Source of the DNA: Myxococcota bacterium | GTDB lineage: Bacteria; Myxococcota_A; UBA796; CAJQPC01 | Reading direction: 5' to 3' | DNA length: 64,000 bases | Assembly (NCBI GenBank): GCA_036229005.1 | Contig: JAZAMN010000071.1 | Coordinates: 128,001 to 192,000, forward strand | Shown here: piece after piece, positions 1-9,674 of the stretch | How positions within the stretch are numbered: position 1 is the stretch's first letter | Layout: each line of letters starts with the position of its first letter | The notes under the pieces: model-generated | Databases searched by the model: none | What the model saw: the letters and a program-made list of their open reading frames with translations, nothing else | Told to the model about the DNA's origin: nothing | Translations under genes and position numbers: made by a program

Positions 1-1733
1 CGCAGGTGCATGTGCTGGATCTGGTCCAGGACCTCCAGGGGGTCGGTGGGGCCCTGCTGGGGATCCAGCGGCGCGTCGCCGGCGGAGGCCTGGCCCAGCG
101 CGACCCGGTGGGGGTGCGCCTTCCAGGGCTGACCGCGGCGCTCGTAGGCGACCGCGGCGCGCCTGTGCAGTGCCTCGACGTCGGGCAGCAGCGCCAAGGC
201 GGCCCGAGCGGCCAGCTCACCCCGAGGGGTCTGCCGACCTTCGTGGATGGCCACCAGGCCCTCCTCCTCCAGCAGCAGCAGCGGGTCGCGGACGGGCACC
301 TGGGCGACCTCCTCGACCAGATCGCGGCCCACGGGCTCCCCGAGCACGGCGATGGCGCCCAGCACGTCCAGAGCCTCCAGGGGGAGCTCCTCGACGGCGT
401 CCAGGATCAGGGGGGGCGGCTCCAACGGCTCGGGCAAGACCAGGCAGGCGCCGTCGCGGTGGGCCTCCAGGACGGCCAGCAGCCACGCGGGGTGTCCGGC
501 GGTGGCGCGGTAGAGGCGCTCGGCGACCAGGTGGGGCTCGGGGGTGTCCGGGGCGACGGAGACCACGGTACGGCGCAGATCGGCGGGCCCCACGGGGTCC
601 AGGACCACCTTGAGGACCTCCAGGTCGTCCGGGACCTTGAAGCGGGTCGCGAGCGCAAGTGCCTCGCCTGCGCGCAGTCGCTTGATCCCCGCGTTGAGGG
701 TGGGCTTGTCCCGAGCGGTGAGCAACGGCACCCCCAGGCTCCCCGCCAGCTCCTCGACCACCTGGAGCAGCCAGCTCCGGCCGCTGCCCGAGACGCCGAC
801 GGAGCGGATGACCAGCCCCTCACCGGCCTGGACGCGCAGCAGCCCCTCGCGCACCTGATCCACGTAGCGGCGGCGCCCGGCCAGGGGAGGTGGGGCCTTG
901 GCGTCGTCGCTGTCCTGGAGCAGGCGTCCGGCCTGGGCGGCGCTCTGGGGGCGGTCGTCAGGGTCCTTGGCCATCAGGCGCTCGACGACGCAGGCCAGCG
1001 AGGTGGGGACGCTGGGGTCGATGCTGCTGACGCTGGGGACGGGCTCGTGCAGGTGTGCGCGGACCACCTGCTCGCGCTCGCGCCCGGGGTAGGGAGGCTT
1101 GCCGGTGAGCAGGGCGAACAGGGTGCAGCCCAGACCGTAGAGATCGGCGCGGCCGTCCACGGAGTCGCCGCGGAGCTGCTCGGGGGCGCAGTAGTTGGTG
1201 GTGCCGATCAGCACGCCGGCGCGGGTGCGCTCGGCGATCTCGGGGTCCCGGATCACGCCAAAGTCGGAGAGCAGGATGCGGCCGCTCTCCTCCATCAGCA
1301 CGTTGGAGGGCTTGACGTCGCGGTGGACGATCTCGGCCTGGTGCACGCGCTCCAGGGCGTCGCAGAGCGCGACGCCGATGCGCCGGGTCTCGCTGTAGCG
1401 CTCGTGGGCGGGCCGCAGGCGCAGCTTGTCCGCGTAGACCCAGAGGTCCTGGCCCTCCACGTACTCCATGACCAGGTAGGGCCGCCCGTCCTGCATGCCG
1501 TCATCGACGTAGCGGACGATGTTGGGGTGCCGCAGGGTGCGCAGCGCCCGGACCTCGGACTGGAAGCGCTGGACGACGCGCCCGGTGGAGCGCTCCAGCC
1601 ACTTGAGGGCGACCTCGACCCCCTGGGGGCTCACGCACAGGTACACCGCGGCCATGCCCCCCCGCCCCAGCAGGCGCAGGGGCAGGTAGGGACCGATGGC
1701 CTCTGGGAAGCGCTCTTCGGGCTCGGTGCTCAT
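1..1733 (-). CDS. Ser/Thr protein kinase with degenerate STAND-like NTPase region (3' end beyond window start)
   Basis: Manual translation from ATG 1733, missing from the ORF track because it runs off the window. Shows GRGGMAAVY, VALK, HRDVKPSN, SDFG and APEQ, followed by PLAGR...GVSGSGRS. Confidence 0.9.
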   Translation of the reverse strand, partial: MSTEPEERFPEAIGPYLPLRLLGRGGMAAVYLCVSPQGVEVALKWLERSTGRVVQRFQSEVRALRTLRHPNIVRYVDDGMQDGRPYLVMEYVEGQDLWVYADKLRLRPAHERYSETRRIGVALCDALERVHQAEIVHRDVKPSNVLMEESGRILLSDFGVIRDPEIAERTRAGVLIGTTNYCAPEQLRGDSVDGRADLYGLGCTLFALLTGKPPYPGREREQVVRAHLHEPVPSVSSIDPSVPTSLACVVERLMAKDPDDRPQSAAQAGRLLQDSDDAKAPPPLAGRRRYVDQVREGLLRVQAGEGLVIRSVGVSGSGRSWLLQVVEELAGSLGVPLLTARDKPTLNAGIKRLRAGEALALATRFKVPDDLEVLKVVLDPVGPADLRRTVVSVAPDTPEPHLVAERLYRATAGHPAWLLAVLEAHRDGACLVLPEPLEPPPLILDAVEELPLEALDVLGAIAVLGEPVGRDLVEEVAQVPVRDPLLLLEEEGLVAIHEGRQTPRGELAARAALALLPDVEALHRRAAVAYERRGQPWKAHPHRVALGQASAGDAPLDPQQGPTDPLEVLDQIQHMHL

Positions 1734-1793
1734 GAGGGCGCAGACTATAAGCCGCCAGCGCCCCCCCGGTGAGCTGGCACGCACCTGTTTCCG

Positions 1794-2666
1794 TCAGCCC
1801 CCGGTGGCCATGAGCTGGAGCTCGGCGATCTGCACCTCGTGGCCGCTGCCCCAGGTGCTGCTGAACTCCAGCTTGACCGGTCCGCTGCAGGAGCCGGTGT
1901 GCCCGGACTGGTGGCAGACGGGCAGCTCGATCCACTGCACGGCGCCCGTGTTGGCCAGGGTGTGCTGGCGCGTGAAGCCCCCCACCGTCACCCAGACCGT
2001 CTCCGGCCGGTTCGCGGGCCCGCCCTGGACGCCGATCCGGGAGAGCAACATGCCCTCGGCGTTGGTGCTCAGGCTCGCCCCGGTCTCGGCCTTGAACACG
2101 GTCTCGTGCTTGCCATCGCTGACCTCGCGGATGCCGGCGGGGGCCTTCCAGACAGCGGGGACCGGGCGGTCCCGGAGGTGGAGGAAGAGCTCGGAGATCG
2201 CCAGATCCTCGTCCACCTCTCCGGGCTGGAGTCCCCGCACGTGCACCCGGACCACATTGCGCGCCGACGAGGACAGGCTGACCGGCTCGAACTCCCGGCG
2301 CTGGACGCCGCGGGTGTCCTTGAGCTCGATCTGGCGGGTGGCGACCACCTTGGGGGGCGCGTGGCCCTCGATGAACTCCAGCTCGACGCTGCGAACGTGG
2401 GGGTGCTCGTCCCACTGGGGGCCGTCCCAACCGGCGGTCATGCTCAGGGCGGTGACGCGCACGGGGCCGGGGGGCAGGCTCACCTCCACGAACTGGCCGG
2501 TGGCGTCCTCTCCCTGGGGGACCTGCCAGGCGGTCGCGAGGTCACCGTCCGAGAGGCGCCCGAGGGTGCTCGCCAGGTCCTGGGAGGCGGAGAGCCCGGC
2601 GAAGGCGGCGCCGGGGAGGGTGAGGCCGACGGCCAGGATGCGGGGGGAGAGCGGGAATCTGGGCAT
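1794..2666 (-). CDS. Secreted protein with discoidin/F5-8-like (glycan-binding-type) beta-sandwich domain
   Basis: Signal-like N-terminus (MPRFPLSPRILAVGLTLPGAAFA). LSDGDLATAW...GQFVEV resembles the DGD-x-x-TAW start of discoidin-like domains. Confidence 0.55.
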   Translation of the reverse strand: MPRFPLSPRILAVGLTLPGAAFAGLSASQDLASTLGRLSDGDLATAWQVPQGEDATGQFVEVSLPPGPVRVTALSMTAGWDGPQWDEHPHVRSVELEFIEGHAPPKVVATRQIELKDTRGVQRREFEPVSLSSSARNVVRVHVRGLQPGEVDEDLAISELFLHLRDRPVPAVWKAPAGIREVSDGKHETVFKAETGASLSTNAEGMLLSRIGVQGGPANRPETVWVTVGGFTRQHTLANTGAVQWIELPVCHQSGHTGSCSGPVKLEFSSTWGSGHEVQIAELQLMATGG

Positions 2667-2680
2667 TGAGGGAGGGTACC

Positions 2681-2835
2681 GCGGGCGCAACCCGGGGTGA
2701 ATGCACCGGATGCGGGCTCAACCTGGGGTGAATGCACCGGGTGCGGGCTCAACCTGGGGTGAATGCACCAGGCGCGGGCTCAACCCGGGGTGAATGCACC
2801 GGGCGCGGGCTCAACCCGGGGTGAATGCACCCGAT
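2681..2835 (+). repeat. Tandem array, 5 x 31 bp (GCGGGCTCAACCYGGGGTGAATGCACCRGGY), left arm of element A
   Basis: Read directly; units start at 2681, 2712, 2743, 2774 and 2805. Confidence 0.97.
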
Positions 2836-2868
2836 TCGGGCGCGTGGCCGCGTGAGAGCGGCCTGGAT

Positions 2869-2952
2869 GGTGCACTCGGTGGGGGTTGAGTCGGAGAGAG
2901 GTGCACTCGGATGGGGTTGAGTCGGAGACCGGTGCACTCAGATGGGGTTGAG
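2869..2952 (-). repeat. Tandem array, about 2.7 x 31 bp (GGTGCACTC-N5-GGGTTGAGTCGGAGA..), inverted right arm of element A
   Basis: Units start at 2869, 2900 and 2931. The reverse complement gives CTCAACCC-N5-GAGTGCACC, matching the left-arm boxes. Confidence 0.93.
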
Positions 2953-2954
2953 CC

Positions 2955-5900
2955 CTACTCCCACTCCGGCAGCTCGCCCTTGAGGCTCTCGGCGATGGCG
3001 TCGGCCTCGCTGGCCCAGGCCTGGGCGTCCTGGGGGCGCTCGGCCAGGGCGGCGAGCAGGCGCCGGGCCTCCAGATCCAGCAGCTTGAGGCCACGGGCGG
3101 AGGACAGGTGGGCGGCGTCGCGGGCCAGGCGCTCGGCCTCGTCGTTGACCAGCAGCACGGCGTAGGCGCGGGCGCACTCCATGAGCACGCGGGCGCGGCG
3201 GGGGACGGGCAGCTTTCCGACGCCGTACTCCGCGGTCTTGAGCATGCGGCGGGCGTCCCCGGCGTCCCCGGTCAGGGCGCAGGCCCAGGCGCTGAGGGCG
3301 ACCAGGGCGGGCAGGTAGGACTCGGGGTCCTGCTTGCGGGCCAGGTTGCGGGCGATGGCCAGGTGGGACTCGGTGGTGCCGGGATCGCCGATGCGCGCGG
3401 ACAGGCGGGCCAGGGAGAAGCGGCAGGCGATGGTCTCCTGGAACACGCCCAGGGGCTGGACTTCGGAGAGGGCCTGGCCCAGGGCCTTGCGGGCGCCGCT
3501 GTCGTCGCCGGCCTCCAGGAGGGCCTCGCCGTAGACGCGCAGAGCGGAGCCGCGGCCCACGCGGAAGTGGATCTCCTCGGCCAGGCTGCGGGCCTCCAGG
3601 GCGATGCGCTGGGCCTCGCGGAGCTGCCCCTGCCAGGTGCGCATCTCGGCCAGGTTGGTCAGGGCGACGCAGCGGCTGTCCTTCTGGCCGAGCTCCTTGA
3701 ACAGGGCCTCGGCCTGCTCCAGCCCGCGGGAGGCCAGGTGGATCTGGCCCTGGGCGGCCTGGGCGGCGGACAGGGCGACCTGCAGGTCCCCGCGCACCAC
3801 GTCGCGGCGGCCGCACATGAGCAGGCCCTCCTCGGACAGGGACTGGACGGCCTCCAGGTCGCCGGTCTCGAAGGCCAGGGCGGCGCGGGCGTAGAGCGCC
3901 TCGGCCACGGCAGCGCGCAGGCGCCCCTGGCGGGCCTCCTTGAGGGCCAGGTCCACCTGGTCGATGGCCTTGATGGGCTGCTCCATGCGGGCCAGGCAGC
4001 GGCCCAGGGTGGCGCGGGCGCGCACGGCGGCGGCGTGAGGTCCGTGCCCCTCCAGCCCGCGCAGCAGCCCCAGGCAGGTCTTGCGGCAGTCCTCCCACTC
4101 CCCGCGCAGGTAGAGGATGGCGGCGCGCACACCCAGGAGCTGGGTGCGGGCCTCGCGGAAGGCGGCGGGGCCCAGGTCGGTGGCGGCCATCTCCTCTACC
4201 GCCATGGCTCGCGTGGACAGGTCCCAGGCCAGCCGGGGCATGGAGCGCCCCTGCATGCGCTCGGCGGCGTCGCTCAGGTAGACGAAGGCCTTGCCCGCCT
4301 CCCCCGCCAGGCGGAAGTGCTCGCCCACCTGCTCCAGGTAGCGGGGGTCGACCTGGGCGGCCTCCTCCAGAGAGAGGGCCAGGGCGCGGTGCAGCTCCAC
4401 CCGCCGCTCGGTGTCCAGGGCGCGGTAGACCACGTCGGCCTGCAGGCGGTGGGCGGTCTCGTGGATCACCTGGTGACCCCGACGGCGCTCGCGGATCAGC
4501 CCGCTGGTGATCAGCGCGTCGAGCTGATCCAGGACGTCGTCCTCGTCTTTGCCCAGGACCTCCAGCAGGTGGTCCAGGTCCAGAGGCCCGGAGTTGACCG
4601 CCAGCACTTCGAGCACCGCCCGCTCCGCTCCCCCCAGGTCCCGAAGGCGCTGGGCCACGACCTGCTGGACTCCGCGGGGGATCTCCAGGTGGCCGGTGCG
4701 CACCTCTTCGGTGTCGGCGGCCAGGCGCAGGCCCTTGGGGGTGGGCTCGATCAGGCCGCTCTGGAGCAGGGACTCCAGGAACTGGGAGATGAAGAGAGGG
4801 TTGCCCTCGGTCTCCTTGTGCAGGCGCCTGGCCAGCGCCTGGGAGCGCCCGGAGTCGCCCAGCAGCGTGCGCACCAGGGTCTCCACGGCGACCATGGACA
4901 GGGGCTCCAGCCGGATCTGGCGGGGGGTCACGCCCAGCTCCTGGCCGTCCAGCAGCGCCTGGGTGTCGCGCCGCAGCCCGCCCTCTTGCACCGAGAGCAC
5001 CACCAGCAGGGGCTGACCGGCGGCCACCAGCGAGCGGATCAGGGTCTCCAGCAGGTCCACGCCGCGCCGGGGGAGCTCCTGGACGTCGTCAAAGAGCAGC
5101 GCCCGGGGGCCCTTCTCCAGAAGCTGCGCCATCACCGGACGCAGGCGGTCGGTCAGGCGGTAGAGCGCGTCGCCGTGGGCCCGGCCATCCTTGAGCTCGC
5201 GGACGGCCTCCTCCAGCTCGTGGGCGTGGGGGGCGGCCTCCAGCACCTGCTCGCACAGCGTCAGCAGGCCGTAGAGGTTCTCCCGGCGGGGCGACAGGCG
5301 GTGCACCGGGATGCCGATGGCGCCGGCGCGGTGTTCGGCGGCGTCCAGCAGGCGCGTGCGGCCCATGCCCACCCGACCGCGCAGCGTGACCACCCCACCC
5401 TCGCGCACGGTGAGGCGATCGACGGCGTCCTGCAGCAGCTCCAGCTCGGCCCCGCGACCGACCAGCGGCGGCACCCAGTCCTCGTCGCCGACCTCGGGCC
5501 GATCGGGCTGTAGCTGCTCCAGGCGGTAGAGGATCTCGCGGGCGGACTGGAAGCGGTCCTTGGGCGACTTCTCCAGCAGCTTGGAGCAGATCTCGTCCAG
5601 GTGCTTGGGGACCTTTGGCTCCAGATCCCGGGGCGAAGGCGGCTTCTGCTTGGTGTGCGCCTCCAGGTACCCGGCCATGTCCTTGGCGTCGAAGGGCCGG
5701 TAGCCCGTCAACATCGCGAAGAGCAGGATGCCCAGGGAGTACAGGTCCGAGCGGTGGTCGATGGCCCCGCCGGTGATCTGCTCGGGGCTGGCGTAGGCCC
5801 AGGTGCCCACCAGGGTCCCGGAGCGGAAGGCGTCGTCCGGGTCCAGGTCCTTGACGATGCCGAAGTCGGTCAGCTTGGCCCGCCCCTGGGGGTCGATCAG

Positions 5901-6371
5901 GATGTTCGAGGGCTTGAGGTCCCGGTGCACCAGGCCCTTCTGATGCACGTGCGCCAGCGCCCGGCACAGGTCGACCAGGATCTCCTCGCAGCGCCGCCAG
6001 CGCTCAGCGGGGTCCTCCAGAAAACGGAAGGCCCGGATGGTCTGGTGCAGGTCCTTGCCCTCCACGTACTCCATCGCGATGTAGGGCTGGCCGTAGAGAT
6101 CGCCGTAGGCGTCGACGTGGATCACGTTGGGGTGCCGCACCCGCGAGAGCGCCCGGAACTCCCGCCGGAAGCGCTGCAGCGCCGAGCCCTTGGTCAGGCG
6201 GCTGCCCTTGAGCACCTTGAGCGCCACGGGCTCATCGTTGGGGTCTCGGCAGAGCAGCACGTCGGCCATGCCCCCCTTCCCCACGCGCTTGACGTACAGG
6301 TAGGGGCCGATCCGGCCTCCCGGCGCGATGCTGTGGCCGCCGATCTCCAGGGTCTGGGGGGTCTCGCTCAC
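2955..6371 (-). CDS. Ser/Thr kinase - STAND (AAA_16-like) NTPase - TPR-like protein
   Basis: Shows GKGGMADV, HRDLKPSN, DFG, SPEQ, PLVGR, GRVGMGRT, LLFDD and TEGNPLF, with a helical repeat C-terminus. GTG 6371 is the preferred start. Confidence 0.93.
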   Translation of the reverse strand: MSETPQTLEIGGHSIAPGGRIGPYLYVKRVGKGGMADVLLCRDPNDEPVALKVLKGSRLTKGSALQRFRREFRALSRVRHPNVIHVDAYGDLYGQPYIAMEYVEGKDLHQTIRAFRFLEDPAERWRRCEEILVDLCRALAHVHQKGLVHRDLKPSNILIDPQGRAKLTDFGIVKDLDPDDAFRSGTLVGTWAYASPEQITGGAIDHRSDLYSLGILLFAMLTGYRPFDAKDMAGYLEAHTKQKPPSPRDLEPKVPKHLDEICSKLLEKSPKDRFQSAREILYRLEQLQPDRPEVGDEDWVPPLVGRGAELELLQDAVDRLTVREGGVVTLRGRVGMGRTRLLDAAEHRAGAIGIPVHRLSPRRENLYGLLTLCEQVLEAAPHAHELEEAVRELKDGRAHGDALYRLTDRLRPVMAQLLEKGPRALLFDDVQELPRRGVDLLETLIRSLVAAGQPLLVVLSVQEGGLRRDTQALLDGQELGVTPRQIRLEPLSMVAVETLVRTLLGDSGRSQALARRLHKETEGNPLFISQFLESLLQSGLIEPTPKGLRLAADTEEVRTGHLEIPRGVQQVVAQRLRDLGGAERAVLEVLAVNSGPLDLDHLLEVLGKDEDDVLDQLDALITSGLIRERRRGHQVIHETAHRLQADVVYRALDTERRVELHRALALSLEEAAQVDPRYLEQVGEHFRLAGEAGKAFVYLSDAAERMQGRSMPRLAWDLSTRAMAVEEMAATDLGPAAFREARTQLLGVRAAILYLRGEWEDCRKTCLGLLRGLEGHGPHAAAVRARATLGRCLARMEQPIKAIDQVDLALKEARQGRLRAAVAEALYARAALAFETGDLEAVQSLSEEGLLMCGRRDVVRGDLQVALSAAQAAQGQIHLASRGLEQAEALFKELGQKDSRCVALTNLAEMRTWQGQLREAQRIALEARSLAEEIHFRVGRGSALRVYGEALLEAGDDSGARKALGQALSEVQPLGVFQETIACRFSLARLSARIGDPGTTESHLAIARNLARKQDPESYLPALVALSAWACALTGDAGDARRMLKTAEYGVGKLPVPRRARVLMECARAYAVLLVNDEAERLARDAAHLSSARGLKLLDLEARRLLAALAERPQDAQAWASEADAIAESLKGELPEWE

Positions 6372-6482
6372 GCCACGCTCCAAGCGGCGCAAGCATACCC
6401 CGCTGCGCTGGCCCGGGCCTTGCACTACCTTTCGGCAGCGCCCACCATCTTCGGGCTTTCCTCACTTGATTTGGAGACAGAC

Positions 6483-6902
6483 ATGGATTCCACGGTCACC
6501 TGGAACGAGGGCATGGCCTTCAAGGTCGACGTCGACGGCTTCGAGATGACGATCGACGCCGCCCCCGAACACGGCGGCACGGGCAAGGGCCCCACCCCCA
6601 AGCCCCTGATGCTCACCGCGCTGGCCGGCTGCACCGCCATGGACGTCATCGCCATCCTGGGCAAGATGCGCATCACCCCCAGCGCCTTCTCGGTCAGCGC
6701 CGACACCGAGCTCACCGAGCAGCACCCCAAGGTCTTCAAGGAGGTCGTGCTCACCTACCGCTTCGAGGGCGAGGACCTGGCCATCGACCGCCTCAAGCGG
6801 GCCGTGGAGCTCTCGGAGACGAGGTACTGCGGGGTGAACGCGATGGTCTCGAAGGCCACCACCGTGCGCACCGTGGTGTTCTACAACGGCGAGCAGATCT
6901 GA
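6483..6902 (+). CDS. OsmC/YhfA family protein
   Basis: GPTPKPLMLTALAGCTAMDV...SETRYCGV carries two conserved Cys. GGAG RBS precedes ATG 6483. Confidence 0.92.
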   Translation: MDSTVTWNEGMAFKVDVDGFEMTIDAAPEHGGTGKGPTPKPLMLTALAGCTAMDVIAILGKMRITPSAFSVSADTELTEQHPKVFKEVVLTYRFEGEDLAIDRLKRAVELSETRYCGVNAMVSKATTVRTVVFYNGEQI

Positions 6903-7008
6903 GCATCGACGAGGACAGGCTGAGGTGGGCCATTCCACCCGAGCCCCGTGCGATCTGCCCCAGAGACGACACAGTCGCTGGCGCCTTGCTGCGTGCTACC
7001 GTCGACAC

Positions 7009-8370
7009 ATGTGGCCCACGCTCCCTCTGACCGCCTGGCTGGCCTGCGCCGGCCCCGGTCCCAGCGCCAGCGACACCCAAGCGGCGGGCACCGACAGCGC
7101 CTGGCCCGAGCTGCCGGAGCTGGAGTCGGCAGCGCTCACCCTGGTCCACCAGGGCCTGCGCCTCTCCAGCGGGGAGACCCTCGCGGTGTCCACGGCCCCC
7201 GCCGGGCTGGACCAGCCCCAGACCCTGAGCTTCGTGCTCACCAACCGCTCCGCGCAGCGCCTGGAGTTCGACGCCGACCCGGCGGCCTGGCTGGACTCGG
7301 ACACCCTGAGCTGGGTGGAGCCGCCGCCCCAGGGCCTGGACCCCGAGCAGAGCGCCGCCTTCACCCTGGAGCTCTCCGTGCAGGGCTGGAGCAGCGGCGG
7401 ACAGCGCACGGAGACCCTGCGTGTGCCCTCCTCCCAGGTGGACTTCTCCTTGGATCTGGCCCTCCAGGTCCCCGAGCCCCTGCGCCTGGTGGTGGTGGGG
7501 AACGGCGGTTGGCTGGCCGTCAGCCACGACTACGGCCAGAGCTTCCAGGACCTGGACTACGACGTCGACGACCCCCGCTCCCGCACCACCATCGCCTACG
7601 GCGGCGGCCGCTTCTTCAAGGCCTGGGCCGACACCAACGACTGGTCCGAGCCCGGCCGCTACGCCTACAGCGAGGACCTGGAGACCTGGCAGAGCGCCAC
7701 CGTCAACGACGACTTCTGGGCCTCCCACTGCCTGTATGCCCACTCGCAGTTCGTGTGCGCCTGGGACGGCGGCATCGCCTGGTCCGAGTCCGGGGCGGGC
7801 GTGATCCACGAGCCCACCTGGGGCGGCCTGCTCAACCGGGCCGCCTGGGACGCGCAGACCCAGCAGGTGGTGTTCGCGGGCCGCAGCAGCCGCGTGGCCA
7901 CCAGCAGCGACGGGCAGGTCTTCGACAGCGACCAGCAGGTCAGCCCGGACGGCGACACCTTCTACAGCGTGGCCGTCGGCGGGGACACCTGGGTGGCCGT
8001 GGGCGGCAGCAACCGCGATCTCGTGGCCACCAGCCACGATCAGGGCGCCACCTGGAGCGTCCAGCTCCTGCGGGAGCAGCAGTACCTCTACCTGACCGAC
8101 GTGGCCTACAAGGACGGCCTCTGGCTGGCCGCCAGCATGGACGGCAGCCTCTACAGCAGCGCCGACGGGGACGGCTGGACCGCCCTGAGCCCCAACGTCG
8201 GGAGCCTGGAGATCCTGGGCGTCGTCGGCGACAACTTCCTCGCCGCCAGCACCCCATGGCAGGCCCAGTCCACGCTGCACCTGAGCCCGGACGGTGAGAC
8301 CTGGACGCAGGTACACAGCGTTCCCGGCACCCTCGCCCCCACCGACATGGCCCTGGAGACCTGGGAATGA
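7009..8370 (+). CDS. Lipoprotein with Ig-like domain and BNR/Asp-box beta-propeller
   Basis: Lipobox WLA-C; repeated S-x-D-G-x-T-W Asp-box motifs. Confidence 0.75.
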   Translation: MWPTLPLTAWLACAGPGPSASDTQAAGTDSAWPELPELESAALTLVHQGLRLSSGETLAVSTAPAGLDQPQTLSFVLTNRSAQRLEFDADPAAWLDSDTLSWVEPPPQGLDPEQSAAFTLELSVQGWSSGGQRTETLRVPSSQVDFSLDLALQVPEPLRLVVVGNGGWLAVSHDYGQSFQDLDYDVDDPRSRTTIAYGGGRFFKAWADTNDWSEPGRYAYSEDLETWQSATVNDDFWASHCLYAHSQFVCAWDGGIAWSESGAGVIHEPTWGGLLNRAAWDAQTQQVVFAGRSSRVATSSDGQVFDSDQQVSPDGDTFYSVAVGGDTWVAVGGSNRDLVATSHDQGATWSVQLLREQQYLYLTDVAYKDGLWLAASMDGSLYSSADGDGWTALSPNVGSLEILGVVGDNFLAASTPWQAQSTLHLSPDGETWTQVHSVPGTLAPTDMALETWE

Positions 8371-9674
8371 GCGCGCTGTTCACCCTGCTGCTGGCCTGCA
8401 CCCCCGAGCCCGCTCCCCAGGACACCCAGCCCCAGGACTCCCCGAGCGACAGCCCAGCAGACAGCGGGGACACCGGCGCGCAGACCTGCACCCTGGCCCT
8501 GGAGGCCTTGGTGGACGCGCAGCCTCTGGACGGCAGCCACCACCTGGGCAGCACCGCCGAGAAGGGCGAGGCCCTCACCCTGAGCCTCACCCTGCACAAC
8601 CCCTGCGCGCAGCGCCTGCGCTTCCTGGGACACCCCGACGAGTGGGTGCTCGGCGAGGGCTTCTCCCTGGGCACCCTGCCGCCGGTCTACCTGGACCCCG
8701 ACGCCTCCGCGACCCTGGAGCTGCACTTCCAACCCGGCGACGCCGGCGAGGCCACCGGCAGCTTCCGGCTCCCCTACGACCTGCCCAGCTCCCCCCTGGA
8801 GCTGTCGCTCTCCGCCACGGTCGACGGCCCCCTCACCCTGGTGTTCGTGGGCGATGGCCGCCACGTGCTCACCACCCACGACTACGGCGCCAGCTTCTCC
8901 ACCGACGCCTACGAGACCACCGTCGCCCACGGCGACAGCCTCCAGCGCGGCGTCTGCGCCAGCCCCGAGCTCTTCGTGAGCGTGGGCGGCAACGTCGACA
9001 GCCGCTGGTGGCGCAGCGTCGACGGCGACACCTGGACCGCCCACAGCGACCCCAGCGGCCCCGTGTTCGCCGCCTGCGCCTACGGCGACGGGCGCTTCGT
9101 CGCGGCCACCAGCGACGCCCCCTGGACCTCCACCGACGGCCTGAGCTGGAGCGCCGGGAGCGGCGACTACGCGGGCGGGCACCTGCGCGCCATGGCCTTC
9201 TCCGGGGGCACCTACGTGGCCGTCGGGGACAGCGGCAAGGTCTCCGCCACCACCGACGGCAGCACCTGGCAGATCGAGCACCACCTAAACGTGGGCGACC
9301 TGGGCGCGGTGGCCGGGCACGGACAGACCTTCGTGGCCGTGGGCGACGGGGGCACCGTGGTCACCTCCACCGACGGCGCGCAGACCTGGAGCCTGCTCTC
9401 GGTGGGCAGCGCCGACCTCAGCGGCGTCGTCTGGGCCCAGGACCGCTTCGTGGCCGGCGGCGGCGGTCAGCTCCACAGCTCCCTCGACGGCACCACCTGG
9501 TCCAGCGTGAATGCCGGACCGGACCGACCGGTGCTGGCGGTGGGCCCACAGATCTTCGCGCTCTCCGGCGCCTCTGTCCTCCTCTCCGAAGACGGCGGAT
9601 TCTCCTGGACAACGCTCTACACCTGGACGGGCGGACTGGGCGTCAGCCGCGCCGCCGCTGGGGGGACCCCATGA
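8367..9674 (+). CDS. Paralogous lipoprotein with Ig-like domain and BNR/Asp-box beta-propeller
   Basis: LLLA-C lipobox; repeated S-x-DG-x-TW motifs; ATGA overlap with the upstream gene; same architecture. Confidence 0.8.
   Translation: MSALFTLLLACTPEPAPQDTQPQDSPSDSPADSGDTGAQTCTLALEALVDAQPLDGSHHLGSTAEKGEALTLSLTLHNPCAQRLRFLGHPDEWVLGEGFSLGTLPPVYLDPDASATLELHFQPGDAGEATGSFRLPYDLPSSPLELSLSATVDGPLTLVFVGDGRHVLTTHDYGASFSTDAYETTVAHGDSLQRGVCASPELFVSVGGNVDSRWWRSVDGDTWTAHSDPSGPVFAACAYGDGRFVAATSDAPWTSTDGLSWSAGSGDYAGGHLRAMAFSGGTYVAVGDSGKVSATTDGSTWQIEHHLNVGDLGAVAGHGQTFVAVGDGGTVVTSTDGAQTWSLLSVGSADLSGVVWAQDRFVAGGGGQLHSSLDGTTWSSVNAGPDRPVLAVGPQIFALSGASVLLSEDGGFSWTTLYTWTGGLGVSRAAAGGTP

Noticed and set aside
6..1772. 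Long antisense ORFs (6-1772, 3108-5513, 12893-16087, 24858-27890, 51713-54433, 62641-63969 and others)
   Set aside because: They are shadow frames of real opposite-strand genes in high-GC DNA and carry no recognisable motifs.
2681..2952. CRISPR array interpretation of the 31-bp repeats (also 17892-18157)
   Set aside because: Units are directly contiguous with no unique spacers, and there are no cas genes in the window.
2480..3094. Short ORFs running through the repeat arrays (e.g. 2749-2937, 17946-18476)
   Set aside because: The 31-bp period shifts frame every unit, and the products are low-complexity with no RBS or coding bias.
8294..9670. N-terminal extension making a 1089-aa DUF1592 protein
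   Set aside because: It overlaps the real 8367-9674 gene out of frame; the start at 9671 has a lipobox and an ATGA overlap.
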